Positions 39,677-53,486 of a stretch of 64,000 nucleotides of DNA are shown one piece after another (positions within the stretch are counted from its first letter, which is position 1; every line of letters begins with the position of its first letter). Source of the stretch: Selaginella moellendorffii (Eukaryota; Plantae; Lycopodiophyta); assembly GCF_000143415.4 (NCBI RefSeq), contig NW_003314292.1, positions 1,557,498 through 1,621,497 on the forward strand, written 5' to 3'. The notes under the pieces were generated by a model. The model did not search any database. It saw only the letters and a program-made list of their open reading frames with translations, and was not told the origin of the DNA. The position numbers and the translations under genes are program-made.

Positions 39677-42194
39677 TCAAGCAGTAGCAGCGGCGGGAGC
39701 TCCTGTAAGAGTGTCGACCCTGTCAATCTTGTCCAGAGCTCTGATCCTCTCGAGTTCCAGCTCCAGCGGGCGGAGTGATCGCCTGGAAGTGAATGGAGTC
39801 GAAGTCTCGGGCTTAACCGTGCATGGTAGCGGAGAATGGCTGTGACTCTTGCTCAGTCTCGTACTCAGAACCTTCGGCTTCTTCGTGAACTCTTGGCTCT
39901 TGCTTATGCCCGGTGTCAGCCTCCTCAGCACTGCTCCGGTTAGCATCTCTTGGTCCTCCTTGGACAGCTCGCGGGAGCTCGTTGCTGGCGGCGGCAATGG
40001 ATTCAGCACAATCGTCTTCTTCACTGGCGAGCGGAAGGGAGACTTGTGCGGGGACCTGTTGTGGCCGTTGAGGTTACTCTTGGCTCGGCTTATCAGGAGG
40101 TTCAGCCAAACCAGGAGGTCTAATATATACTTCTCGGTCACTTCTTGATCCGCGTGATGAAGTGTTTGGATCAAGCTGATTTCCTGGACGTATGGTTTCC
40201 GGTCGATGGAAGATCTGTTTAGATTCTCATGGTTAGAGTGATTCTAGGAAACAAATGTTTAAAGAAGTAGCGACTCACCCAGCACTAGCCCATTCTCCAA
40301 CCCACCCGAATCCATGGTGCGCTCTGCACGTAGATAAACCAAAAGGATCAATCAAACAGTCCGGCTGCTGCTCTAGTTTTAAACATCTTTACTTTGTTGT
40401 GTTCGATGCGATTGGTACCATCCATACCAGTATTTTTTCCATTTCTTCTTTGATCTGGGACGCTGTGAGCTGCATGAAAACAAACAAACTTAATATACTC
40501 CACAAATGTTTACTAATAAGCAGCTTTTCTTGCCTCTTCTTTGTTTGAGTTAGCAGCCGCGTAGAGGGCACTTCTCAAGGACATTTTGATAGAAGGAGGA
40601 AGACCTTGATACAGATTATCGCGCGTGTTTGGAGGAATAGAACTTGGTCGGGAGACCTGTAGATAACGCAGGCATAAATAAGATTCAGAAGATTTGTAAG
40701 ACCTACCAGAGTGTCGATTTGGTTTATTATATTAGCATAATGTAAGGCCAGGCCAAGAGCTCCCAATCTCGGAACGCTTGAAAGCTTCATCGATTGCTCT
40801 TCATCATACTCGCCTGCAATAGACCGAGAACATGAATCACGCCTAAAATGAGAAGTATGCACCTACCAAATGCATCAGCGATTTGTTGATGAAGAAAATA
40901 CACTATATCTAGCAGTTTCTCCATTAGCTGACAGAAAATGAGGACAAATCTCAGACATGGAGCCTGAACGAAAACGATTTTAGTACCTCTTCCATGATTT
41001 TTGACCAGAGGGACTTTTTCTGCAATAGCTTTACGTGCTTTTGCTGGCATTTAAAATCACTTTTTAGCATTGCTAAGCTCTCCCCTGCAACGTGAGCCAG
41101 GAAAGGTTGGCAATAAATAGAATGGTTACAAGTGTACCTTTGTGAGGATTAGAAGACAACTCGTTTTCTTCGATCTTCCGCCGAACGTCGTTGTCGTATC
41201 TATCCAACGCATGGAGTTCATGGTATAGCTCCTGTCCACAGACAACAAACGTATCACGAGAATCTATACACGAAACCAAGAGACAAAACGTTTTTGTTTT
41301 TTCAACTTACTGCTGTGTTCTGTGCTAGAGTCATAAGCTCTTGCATTTCTTGCTCTGCGTGCTCCGGTGACTGCCTGGGAATTTGTACTTCCGTTCCCAG
41401 TCTACACAAGAAGAACTGGAGCATAGGCAAAATCCATATGAAAAGTAAAGCACCTGTTGATTAGACGATCGAGTTGATGCCACTCCGGTGCTCGGCAGTG
41501 GTTTCCAAAACGAACAACCTCACTAGCGAACACTTTGAGCTCATGCCTAAGATCACACCAGAGTGTCAAACAGAGAGAAGTTGAACTACGTCCATTGGAC
41601 GTACCTTTTATCAGAGGCAGCAATTCGCCAGAGCTCATCGAGATCTTTAGACACGAGCCGCTGGACCCCTTCAGAGGGAAGAATTTCCTTCTTGAGCAGC
41701 TGGAGGCTTTCCTCTGACAAAGACTGCTTCAAACTATATCCTTTGACCACGGTGTTTGCAACCTCGAACGCTAGAATTCCAATCTTGTTCCCCTTGGGTG
41801 CCACTCCAGCAGCAAAGCCACTCCCAATCGTGGTTGTGATGCTGCTCCCAAACGTATCCAGCATCACCACCGCCTTGTCCAGGCCAGCAGTCCCAGCTCT
41901 CCCAAGGATCGACTTCGCATTCCGAGCCTTGTGAGAAAGTACTCTGGACAATTTGATCCGCTCGCTCTTGTCCTCCTCATCGTCCTTGGTATCATCCGTC
42001 TCTGGCGAGGAGCTAGCAACTTTGTCGACCGAGGTAGAGGGATCGGGAGCGGGAGCCTTCCCTGCCGCATAGATCCCATTCACTCCATTTGGTTGCTGCG
42101 AAGGCTTTGAGAGCTGCCGCTTAAAGTTTGGCCTGGTACCCTCTGATGAGCCACTGGAATCCTCGGGCACAGTCTTCGAGCACAAACCTCCCAT
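39677..42194 (-). CDS. PSK SIMULATOR-like protein (DUF3475 + DUF668), multi-exon
   Basis: N-terminus MGGLCSK (myristoylation-type), IGILAFEVANTVVKG, ELYHELHALDR, LGALGLALHYANIINQID, IQTLHHAD. Confidence 0.92.
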
Positions 42195-42781
42195 TTTCCA
42201 CGGCCGGATCCCCTCAACATGTGCATCTAGAACCGCTGAGCTCCCGATCTCCAAACCCTAACCTGGAATTCCTGGCCAGCGCCGCGAACTTGGACCGCGC
42301 AACCAATCGGAGTAGCTGCCGCCCCGATCGATTCGCTCCCGCTGCGCAAATCTCCTCCAGCGCCGGCCTAGCGATCGCGCCCGGCAGCCATACCTAAAAA
42401 TGCTGCGCGTATTCATCCATTTTCCTCTCGTTTGGCTGCGCTTTTGCTTGAAGAGTGTGAGTGAATTTGTAAACTCTTCCTCTCTGTCAATGCATGGTTA
42501 TAAATTATTTGTTTTGACCGGGCAGCCCGTCAACCCGTCAAAGCCGTCGCCTGCACGTTGGTCCTGACTTCGATTCCCACCAGTCTCACCCACTAATCAT
42601 GCTTAGTTTAAACTTGCTTATTTCAAATGAGTGTGCTTTCCTTAATAAATTACAATTAGCAGAAATACAATAGCCTCGTTACACCCTCAGTTCCAAATGT
42701 GAGAACGTAACGAGCCTCGATTTCCTTTGCAAAATGGAAAAAAAATCCTCTTTTTCTTTGATTTTTCTTGTGTGGGAGACG

Positions 42782-45463
42782 CTAAGCACCGCCATGGCGC
42801 TGCTTCTGGCGTTGTATAGCGCTGGCCTTGTTCTCCAAAGCAGCACGCCGGACTAGCTGCAAGTATCTCATTGTTTCCCTTCAGATTTCAAGGAAGCGAA
42901 AGAACTTACTTGTCTTTGGTACTTCCTCCTCAGCTTGATAGCCGTTCTGATACAACTCCGCACTTTGATCTTCATCTGGATCTCGTTGAAGGCCTGCAAA
43001 TCAAAGCTGAGGTTTTGCACAATCTGGGATAGATGAAAACACTGCACCTTAATAGCGTCGTCCATGGAATGCACGTCTTTCATAAACCTGGTCCGGTTGA
43101 GCACGAGGATGGCGGCCACAACGAAGACGGAGAGTTCATCGTCGCCTGTCTTGCCAAGCAGAGAACTCACGGTCCGTATCTTGTGTCGGGAGTGACGAGG
43201 CCAGAAGTTTCCAGCTCTCAATCCACAGAGCGGGCTTCTGGATAGATATCCAACGCGATCGTTGTCCTCCAGCGGCGAGGTGTCTAGTGACTGGTCCTGG
43301 AAAGTGTAAAGCGGTGACATTGCTTTGCTATCGTCTTCCGGTAGCGTTTCATCCGCTGGTGTTGGATCTTTCACGATAAGGAGCTCCGGGCAATGGTATT
43401 CCAGTGCCCAGGAAATTCCATTATCGAAGTCCGCAGCCCACATCATCTGGAAAATATAAGCACTGCGATGAGACAAAAGAAAAATAATCTAAGCTTGCGT
43501 ACCTCCCACATGCACAGAGCTTCGCCAAATGAGAGCTCACGACGGAAGAGGACCAGCAGCATTCGAAAGGCGAAAAGGAAGCTATCGGCACCGATGTGGA
43601 CAAAGTGCTTGAAAACGTAGACGTCTGTGAGCTCCAAAATTGTGGTCAGAGCTTGCAACTGGCGCATGACACCAATCGGACCATCCATCTGAAAGTTCTG
43701 ACGCTGTAAAGGAAAGCTACTCAATGGTCAGTGTGCAAAAAAGACAGAGGAGACAGGGAATTTACTTACCACCCGCCTGAGGAGGCTCTCAAAACACCAA
43801 AACGCATCAGCATCATCTTCGTAAATCAGAATAAATGGCGACAGCAAATCACTCATGCCTGGCAAAAGAAACGAAAGATTTCAGTCTACGCACTTCAAGT
43901 TGATAACTTGCCTTGGCAATAGCCCGTTGCAGGATCAACCCATGCATAGACTGCTAAGATATCCGACATCCGTGCCATGTTTTTGGAGTCTTCATAGAAC
44001 TTGAGGTGTCTGTCAGTCCTGACCACATCCACAACTGCAAATAAAAGCATGAGTCAGAGATCAAAGGTAACATAGAGGCATTTTTCTCACCTATTCTATG
44101 CAATGTCCAAAGCCAATCGGCTACTTTCTCGTCCCTGAACGCCCCCCCTCCGCTCGGCACCTTTAAGTCTTCCTGTTTTTCTGGAGATCTCGTTGTATCA
44201 CCTTCTTCTCTTTTCACCTCATTTGTAACTTCTGGCTGCTCGTTCGCACTTTCCGGGGTCTCGTTCTCGTTCAATATAGTCACAATTGAGTTATCATCGT
44301 CATCGTTTAGAGTATGTAGTTGTAAGTCTTTGTTTTCGGCTTTGTCAGTCGCGCCTGAAGTCCTGTCCTTCGTTGAACTGGTAGTACTATCCATCACATA
44401 TGTTGGAAACAATGTTCTCACGGGCAAACGCAGGTAATCAGGCAGTTGGCTGCCGTCGTCGTTAGAAAATGAGTTATCGACTTCTCCTTCACTCGGTCCC
44501 GAGTCTGTTCCTTCATCGCTCGGACTGCCAGCTTCGGATGACTTCTTCGGCGCCAAGTCCTCCTGTATGAGGAGATCTCCTTCCTCAAAGCTCTCTCTCG
44601 AGTCCTCAAAATTTTCAAGATCCTGTGCAGCCTGGAAGCGCTCCTCCGACCAGGAAGCAATCTTCTCTTTGAAAGACGTTGCCACCTCATTTAAAGTGGT
44701 GTGTTCTTCTCGAGTGGTGCTTTTGGACGTCACTCGGACGTCCATAATTTTAGTGCCGACCGTATACGCCAGTGTGCCTGATCCAATACTTCCATGCATC
44801 AGATGGCATTGCTCGATGAGCTCTTGATAACGAATCCTACACAAACAGAATTTCCCGTGAAACAAGCAAAAAAAAAAACAAACAAGCCGAGACCTTCGTG
44901 CGTGACGAAGCTGTTGCCGATACTCGGCAGTCGTGCCGAGCGAGTAGCAGCCAAGCAAAAACTCCCATACCTCCGCTCTGATCGAGTGATCAACACCCTG
45001 ACACCATAAACAAAGGCCCTGGCCATTCATTAAAAAACTTCCAGATCCAAAACAAAACGAATGCTTTGAAACTCACCCCCGAGACGATGGCTTTCAAAAT
45101 CTTGTGAAAGCCCACAGCTCTTCCTTCCTTGTCAAAGGCAGCTCTCCATTTCTCCGGCTTCAAGCGCTTCGAGGTCTGGATTACAATCCCAACAGAGCGT
45201 TAGAAAGCACTAGCACACGCATTCCATAGGCTAGACTAGTACTAGGTAGCTAGAAATCTCATGAAAACACAAAAAGAGCTCTTTTCTCTTACCTTTGCGG
45301 ACTCGATGAAAGATGGAGCTTGTGCTGCTGGCTGAGGCTGAGCGATGCCGCTACTGTTGCTGGTGTTGTGCCCTCCTCCCACGGTCGAAGCCGCCTTGAG
45401 GAACATCCTTGGTCCCACGGCTGGGCCACACATCCAGCGTGATTCATCCCAGTCTCTCGACAT
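42782..45463 (-). CDS. TBC-domain Rab GTPase-activating protein (Gyp7/RabGAP22-like), multi-exon
   Basis: LKPEKWRAAFD, GVDHSIRAEVWEFLLGCY, VVDVVRTD, DPATGYCQGMSD, FAFRMLLVLFRRELSF..MWE. Confidence 0.93.
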
Positions 45464-46016
45464 GTCATACTGCTCGCTAGCGTTCGATCGAAATATTTCT
45501 TCCTCTTCTCGCGAAATCTACTCAATGCAGCCCAATCGATGGCGCCACTGCCTGGATTTCTAGCTCCCTAGGAATCAGCGCTTCACTGTACCTTCCTCCT
45601 CCTCCGCATCGACACGGCACTCGCATCGCGACGCCGAGGCGGCTGAGAATCGCTGCCGATCTGCGCAGCGCCGGGCCAGATCTCGAGCCGGAGCGCTCGA
45701 ACTGGCAGACCCGATCTCATCCCCGAAATATTTTCGAAAACCCTAAAGTTAGTGAGGCTCGAGCGTTTGTGATCGGGATTACACTACTCTTCCCCGACGC
45801 CATAGCCAGACTTTTACCAGTGACACAGACCACGCTCTTTTACCACGGGTTAAAAATTTTGCCCCCTTTGGTTTTATCGATGGCTCACGTAGCCCTAATC
45901 TTATTTCTAGGCCTTGGCGAGGGCGAGAGCTCCGGCGGCTTCGATTGGATCATTGCGAGGGCACGAGATCGCCCCGGATTTCATGACATTTCCATGATTT
46001 TCTCGTGTTCTAGGAG

Positions 46017-47180
46017 ATGGCTGCTTCAGGTATGGTGGAATCGCCTCGAATTTCACCGATTCTCTCCTTGCAGGCCGACCGGCGCCTGCCAAGCCTTGGG
46101 AGCGCCCTGGATCTCAAGGCAATTCAAGCCCTTCTCCATTTGCCCCTTCCTCGCCGACTACGAGCACGGCGGCAGCAATTGCTAGCTCTGGCACCGCCGC
46201 CACAACGATCGACAAGCAAAATCTCGCCCAGCAGCCTTCCACCGCCGTTGGGGCCGCTGTGCCTTTGAGACCCTGGGAACGCAACCAAGGTAAGTTTGTT
46301 TGATTCTTTCTTTCTTCCAGTACAGCGTACTTCCATCCTTACATCCTCGCCAATTGTGTGTGTTCTTGCATTCCAGGAGGCTATGGGAGCTATGGAACGA
46401 TGAGCACGTACAACAGACCATACAACTCGGTCGGTGGCTACGGTGGTGGTGCTTACAATGGTGGTGGCTATGGATACAATGGTTCTCCATATGGAAGCAG
46501 CTACTTTGGAGGAGGATATGGCAGCAACTATGGTGGCAGCCCGTTTGGAGGAGGAGGGATGTACAATAGAATTGGTGGTGGCTATGGTGGATTTGGAATG
46601 CCGATGGGAGGAGGGCCTTTAGGCGGCTATGGAGGCTATGGTGCTGGGAATCCCATGGCTCCCAATCCTGACGATCCGTATGGTGGTCCTCCTCGCGCTC
46701 CCAGTTTCTGGCAGTCCATGCTTTCCGTGGTGAGTGGCGACTTCTTCTCGTTTTGTTTTGTTATTTTTTTTGCTACGCGTGTGATGAAAGTCTGTTTTTC
46801 TCTTCTGCGCAGCTTCATGGTGTCATGACTTTCTTTGGACGGCTGGCAATTCTGATTGACGAGAACACTCAGGCTTTCCATTTTTTCATCACGGCGCTTC
46901 TTCAAGTACGTACAGGGACGAGTGGAAGAGTTTGCTCATGTGTGACTTCCGTCTTACGCAGCTGTGTGATCGGGCTGGGATTCTTTACGGGGAGCTCGCA
47001 CGATTCGTGTTGCGCCTGTTGGGCTTCAGGCCGAGATCGCCGAAGGCTCGCTCTGTGGCAGGAACAAGAGCCTTGGCCGGAGCTGAGGCAAAGCAAGGTG
47101 GTGGTGATGGTGCTGTCGTCGCTTCTCTTCCAAAGGAGGGATCTTGGGACAATGTGTGGTCTAACAAGGAATCCCAGTAA
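46017..47180 (+). CDS. PEX13: Peroxisomal membrane protein PEX13 (plant type), multi-exon
   Basis: PAKPWER, Gly/Tyr-rich region, [52 protein letters not shown]. Confidence 0.95.
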
Positions 47181-47446
47181 GTGTCGATCGATTGGTAGCC
47201 TCTGTAGATATATTATTTGCACTAGTCTGGATGTCTTGGTGAGTATCGTTTTGTGTGATATTAGAGGCCTGGGGGAAAATAAATTTCTTTCATGATCTTT
47301 GTTCTAGAGGTTCTAGCTAGGATCTCTGGTTCTTCTACGTGATCGTGACCACAGGTTCTTTTATGCGCGATAACTTGCGAGGTGATGATACGAGGTGACT
47401 TTTCTTTTTCTTTTGTAAGGTTTTCTTGGACGTTCTAACCATCCAA

Positions 47447-50400
47447 TCAATCCAGGCGGTGTTCTTCGTGGTGCTGTTGCTGCTGCTGCAAGCTGACAAG
47501 CTTTGCATAGGCGCCTCCGATCTTCCGGACCAATTCACTGTGGCTGCCTTGCTCGATGATCTGCCCGTCCTGGAGGAGCGCGATCACGTTTGCGTTCTGG
47601 ATGGTGGACAACCTGTGAGCAACGACTAGGCAGCTCCGGCCTTTCATCACCCTGTCCAAGGCCTGCTGGACCACCTTCTCGGACTGCGCATCCAGCGCAC
47701 TGGTGGCTTCGTCGAGCAGCAAGATGGCCGGGTTCTTTATCACAGCTCTGGCGATGGCGATCCTTTGCTTCTGGCCACCCGAGAGCTGGACGCCTCTCTC
47801 TCCGGCCACGGTCTGGTAGCCATTCGGAAGAGAGCTGATAAAGCTGTGAGCATTGGCTGCCTTGGCCGCCTCCACCACCTCCGACTCCGTCGCCTCAGGC
47901 TTGCCATACCGGATGTTTTCGAAGATGGTGGTGTCGAAGAGCGCGGGCTCCTGCTGGACGAGCCCGATGTGCTGCCTCAGCGATCGGAGCTTGAGCTTGC
48001 TGACGTCCTTTCCATCGACGAGCACCGCCCCGGAGGATGGATCGTAGAACCGGCTGATGAGGCCGATGACCGAGCTCTTCCCCGAGCCGCTGGGACCGAC
48101 TAGAGCCAGGCTCTTGCCGGCTCGGACTCTCAGGCTCAGGTCCCGGAAGATGGTCACGTCCGGCCTGGTTGGATAGCTGAAGCAGACTCTCCGGAGCTCG
48201 ACGTCGCCCCGGACGTGGCTGATCTCCTTGGCCTCGCCATCATCGGGATCTATCTCGGTCTGGTAGTCGATGAGCTCCATGACCGAGCCGACCGCTTGCG
48301 AGCCTCGGAGGATATCGGGTGCTAGAGATAGCGTCTCGGCGACTCCAAAGGCGGTGAAGATGAGGAGAACGAAGCTCTTGAGCACGGGTCCAAAGGTGGT
48401 GTCACCCTGCTTGATGAGATTGGAGGCGTACCAGAGGGCCAAGCCGTAGGAGCTGAAGAGGCAGCACTGGGAGACGCCGTAGCCGATGCCGGTGATCTGT
48501 CCACGGGTGAAAGCGTTGCTCTTGGGGCCTTGGAGCTCGCGGTTGAAGAGATCCATCACTCGTTTCTCGGCGCAAAACGCTGCGACTGTCCGGATGTTCC
48601 CGACGGCTTCTCCCGCCACCATTGTTGCTCGGTGGTAAGCTTTGCTGAGATTAACTCCGAAGCCTTTCAGGAAGAGGTGCTGGAAAGAAAGTTTACGAAG
48701 TCGATCAGCTAGCGAGAACGAAGAGCAACGAAGAACAACAAAGAACAACGAGCTCTTTCCTACCTCGGTGATGTGAGCTCCGATCATGAGAGGGAAGAGG
48801 GCGATGATAACCAGCGTCAGCTTCCACTGCAGCACGAACGCCATGACGAAGCCGGTGACTATCAAGGCGAGATTTTGCGTGAGAGTGCACAGGCGATCCC
48901 CAACGGCGGCACGAAGCATGGTGGCGTCCGACGAGAGACGAGAGGCCAGCAAGCTGCTGTTGTTCTCTTCTCGATCGAACCAGCCGATCTCATTCCGCAA
49001 GATATCTACGTCAAGAACTTGGTTAACAACTTTGGAAACTTTGGCAGGAAGAACTTACTCGAGAACATCATCTTCCGGACTCGCATCGTCAGCCTCTCGC
49101 CCATGACGCCGAAGAAGTAGTGCTCCAGGACGTAGATTCCAACAGTGACGACAGTGGCGATGGCAAAGATGGTGGAGATCTTCTCGACTTCTCGCTTCTG
49201 GTGGCTTTGGTCGGGGCTGTAGAAGGTGACCAAGGCCTGCGTGATCCCGTAGGCGAAGAAGGGGGTCTCGGCTCCGGCAAGAATAGCTCCCAGTGCTCCA
49301 GCCAGCGCGAAAGGCCACTCCGGGGCATTGAGCTTGAGCAGTCGAAAGTACGAGGCCTTTGGAAACTGGTGCTGCTGGTGGTACTCCTCGAGCTCGGCGT
49401 TGCTGTGAGCGTCGGCCTCGGAGCGTACGCTCACCCGGAAGCTGAAAGTTCGCTGCGACAGTGACAAAGAACTCCCGCGAGAGTGCCTGGTGGAAGAAGA
49501 AAAATCGAAGTTTGCGAAGGGGATCGAGCGAAGCAAGCGTACCTGGCGGAGTGCTTGGAAGCAGTGTCACTCTCCTTGGCCACCGCCGCCGCCGCCGCCT
49601 GGAGCTTGACGAGAGCAGCGTAGAACTCGGCCTTGGCGAGGAGCTCGTCGTGCGTTCCAGACTCCACCACCTTCCCTTGATGGACAACCGCGATGGTATC
49701 GGCGTTCCGGATGGTGGAGAGCCTGTGCGCCACCACCACCGTCGTCCTCCCCACCATGAGCCGCTCGAGAGCCTCCTGGACGGCACTCTCGGAGCTCGCG
49801 TCCAAGGCGCTGGTGGCCTCGTCCAGCAGGAGAATGGCCGGATCTTTCACCATAGCTCGAGCGATGGCGATGCGTTGCTTCTGTCCGCCCGAGAGCTGGA
49901 TGCCTTTCTCGCCAACTTGGGTGTCGTAGCCGCTGGGGAGCTGCTTGACGAAGGTGTGAGCGTCCGAGGTTCTGGCAGCCGCCTCGATCTCGCCATCGCT
50001 CGCGTCCTCCTTTCCAAACAGGATGTTCTCTCGGATGCTCGTCGCGAAGAGCGCCGGTTCTTGGCTCACCAGCCCGATCCGGCCCCTCAGCCACTTGAGC
50101 TGGAGTTCTTGGATTGGAATTCCATCCAGGAGCACTCTTCCTGGCGACCAACAAGATCAAAAACAGAATTTATCGTCAGGACGATCGAGAAGTTCTTTCT
50201 TCTCTTTGTACCTGACTGGGGATCATAGAAACGCTCGATGAGGGAGATGATGGTGCTCTTGCCGGATCCACTGCTTCCAACGACAGCCACAGTCTTTCCC
50301 GCGGGGATGGAGAGGCTGAGATCCTGGAAGATGACGACGTCCGGCCGGGATGGATAGCTAAAGCATACTTTGTCAAACTCTATGTTTCCATGGACGTTGT

Positions 50401-52142
50401 CGAGCTTCTTCCCTTCGAGAGCCTGGAGGTTTATGGATGGTTTTCGGTTGATCATCTCCAGGATGGTGTATCCCGCGGCTCGGCCTTTGCCGAAGGCTGC
50501 GAGATTTGGAGCAGCGTTTCCAAGAGATCTGGAAGAAAAGAAATGAGAGAACTCGAGATGGATGGATGGAACTTACAGTCCGGCGATGACGACGTTGAGA
50601 ATGGTGGTGAAAGCTTCGCCGCCATTGGTGGTTCCATTGCGAACTAGAACGCCGGCGTACCACAGGAGGAGCGACCACGCACCGATCGTCAAGCCATACG
50701 TTGCTCCGATTCCCATTCCTTTGGCGAGGCCACTCTTCTTTCCAATCTCCAGCGTCGTTTCCAGCGCTCGAGCGTAAGAATCCACGGCTTGCTCCTCCTG
50801 GACGAACGAGTAGACCGTTCTTACTTGGGAAATGCTCTACAAGATCAAAGGTTCAGCTTTCCAAGTTTCCAAAGGAGGAACAAGCTTGATCACCTGTTCA
50901 GCAACGTTTCCAGCTTTCGCGTAGGCCTTTTGGTTCTTTGTGGTGAGCCCGATCATGGTGTGAGCGTACAATCCACCGGCGAGAGCAATCCCGGGAACAA
51001 CAGCGAGGGTGACGAGCGTAAGTTGCCACACGGACGAGAAGCCGACCGCGAAGCCAGCCACAAATCTGGCCATGTAGTGGAGATAGTTTCCAGCCTATGG
51101 AGGATCAAACGAGAAGAACTTTAGCGTGATCAAGAGAGCTGTTCCAAAGTTCTCGGAAGAACAACGATCGAAGTTTACTCTACCTTTGCACCGATTGCTT
51201 CTTGGACAAGGGCGGTGTCGCTGGAGATCCCATTGACGATCTCGCCGGTGGTGGTGTCCGTGTCGAAGAATCCCACGTCCTGGCTGAGCATCGCTTTGAG
51301 ATAAGCCACTCTCATTCGTGCCGATTGTCTCTCGCCCGTGTAAGTCCAGCACGCCACCTCTGGATCCACACAAGATAATTTACTCGAAAGGTAGAATTTT
51401 GAGCAATCACAATCAAGATCGCCATCAACCTCTCCAGGAAAAATCTATTTTTTGGTGTTTCTCTGGAAGTTTTTGTGGAAACTTACCAAGCCACGCTGCG
51501 ACCAAGATCGCGAGTCCAAGGTAGACAAAATATAAAGCATACTGCCACGAGCAAACACACAATTAGCGGCAAGAAAAACAAAAAAACTAAAGGTAGGACA
51601 GAGAAAAGAGAGAAGAACTTTCGATTCTATGGCCTTAGCAGTTAGCTCGAAAGAAACTCTCGAAACTCTCGATAGAAAACTCGCTTGGAAGACATAGTCT
51701 ATCAATTAAGAATGGAGATTGGATCGATCTCAAAGAATGGGAAAGAAAGAGAGGAAGAAGAACGTACCTTGGAGACGCCATGGCCGAGCTTGGTCGGGTT
51801 ATCATAGTTTGCGCCAAACTCATCGATGAGCTTCCCAAAGAAGATGAAGAACACTGGAATCGCCGCTCCATGGGCGCACGCCCCGATTGCGCCCACGAAG
51901 ATCAGCCCCAAATCCATGGCATCCGCGAAGGAGTAGAGCTTGTAGTACGGAACGCTACGATCTTCTTCTTCTTCTTCTTCTTCTTCCCCCTTCTTCCTCC
52001 TCTTTTTCTTCGTGCTGCTCAAGTGGCTCTCTCCATCTTCTCCATTTGTGGCAGTGCTCTCCTTCTTGGCGTCGTCGAGATCTTCGATGGTTTCCAGCCC
52101 CTGCCGTTGCTCCGTGATGTGATCTACGCCCTCTTCTTCCAT
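47447..52142 (-). CDS. Full-length ABCB (MDR/P-glycoprotein) transporter, multi-exon
   Basis: [33 protein letters not shown], Walker A GSSGSGKS and GPSGSGKS, two [14 protein letters not shown] signatures, [11 protein letters not shown]. Confidence 0.97.
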
Positions 52143-52452
52143 GATTGCGAGAGATTTCAAATGCTGGCCGAGATGAGATGGATTGATTGATCGGCCGAGC
52201 AGGTAAAGTACACGCCCTGACAGCTCTCTCCCTCTCGCGATCGATCCGGTGAAAAAGCTGCTACCCCCGGACGATTCTAGCCGAATCCTTCATTTGGGCA
52301 GCTCCAAAACGCCCGATTGCTCGCTGGGCAGAGCCGAGATCGCGCGATTGTCACCAGCATCTGGATCCCGCCCGGAATTTACTCGCCATTGGCAGAGCAG
52401 GGGAGGGACGAGAGGAAGGAAAAGAGGGGTGAAAGCTTTGGGCGTTTGTCGC

Positions 52453-52472
52453 TCTCTCTCTCTCTCTCTCTC
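52453..52472. repeat. (CT)n/(GA)n microsatellite upstream of ABCB
   Basis: Direct inspection. Confidence 0.85.
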
Positions 52473-53486
52473 GTGGGCCGCTAGGCTAGGCGCTAGGCAA
52501 AGCCGCGCAAACCTTTGTGGTGGCAGTGATGGAATCCACGGAGGAAAAAGAGGGGATTTGATGAAGAAACCGGAAAAGAACAGCCCAGGAACAAAGAGGG
52601 CGCAATCGATGCTGTGATTTTGTTTAAAATGTATAGGCCGAAAGGGGGTCAGTTGGTGTTCTCCAGCCAGAGTTTGGTAAGCGCACAGAAATAAATCCAT
52701 CGCCTTTCACCCAATCGCCATCCATTAAATGCTCTCGGCCAAGAACCCTAATTCTCTAATCCCCCCTGTTTTGCTTTGGAGGGAGAGAGAAATTCGGTGG
52801 ATCGGAGTGCGATCGGAGCTGGAATCCGTTACATGGGCTTGTCGATCGGCTTCCAAGGAAAGAGAAAAGCGAGGCCAATGTTGAAAATCAGAGACGCACT
52901 AGCTGCTAGCAAACAAAACGTTCCTCTTTTCCGAGAGAAGGGCATCTTTTTTCCTCTTTCTCGTTCCATCCAGTACAATCCACAGCGATCGATCGCGGCG
53001 ACACCGCGGCCCACGCCAATCGCCCACTTCCACTCGGGCGCATCGATCGAGCGAGAGCCCTAAAGGCTGGCAGAGGGAGAATGTACACGACATGTACAAA
53101 ACTACAATACACTCGGAATTAATGCCGGGAACGAGACATTCAATCTGGGCCGTCCGATCCGTGCGAATCTGGACCGTTAGATCCGGCCATGGTTTTTTTG
53201 TTAACTATGTTTTCATGTCAACGCGAAATCGAGGCAGACCGGCCAACAACTATTTTTGCCGTTCCTCGTGAGCTTTTTTTTGCGCTCGATTCATTGCTGC
53301 TACTGCTGCTGCTGCTACTGCGCAGGTTTCTAGGTGAGAATCGCAGCTGCTACACATTAAAAAGTTAAGAACACGGAGAAGAAAAATCGAGAGAGCAAAC
53401 AAAGACAAGAGGAAGACTAGAGCTCGCTAATCCTTACTTCTTCTTAGTGTTGTTCTAGTGATCGAAGTATCACCGCTGCTACACGA

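Noticed and set aside
47590-50228. Long + strand ORFs opposite ABCB, and similar ones opposite the PPR genes and URB1
   Set aside because: Antisense shadows of GC-rich coding sequence.
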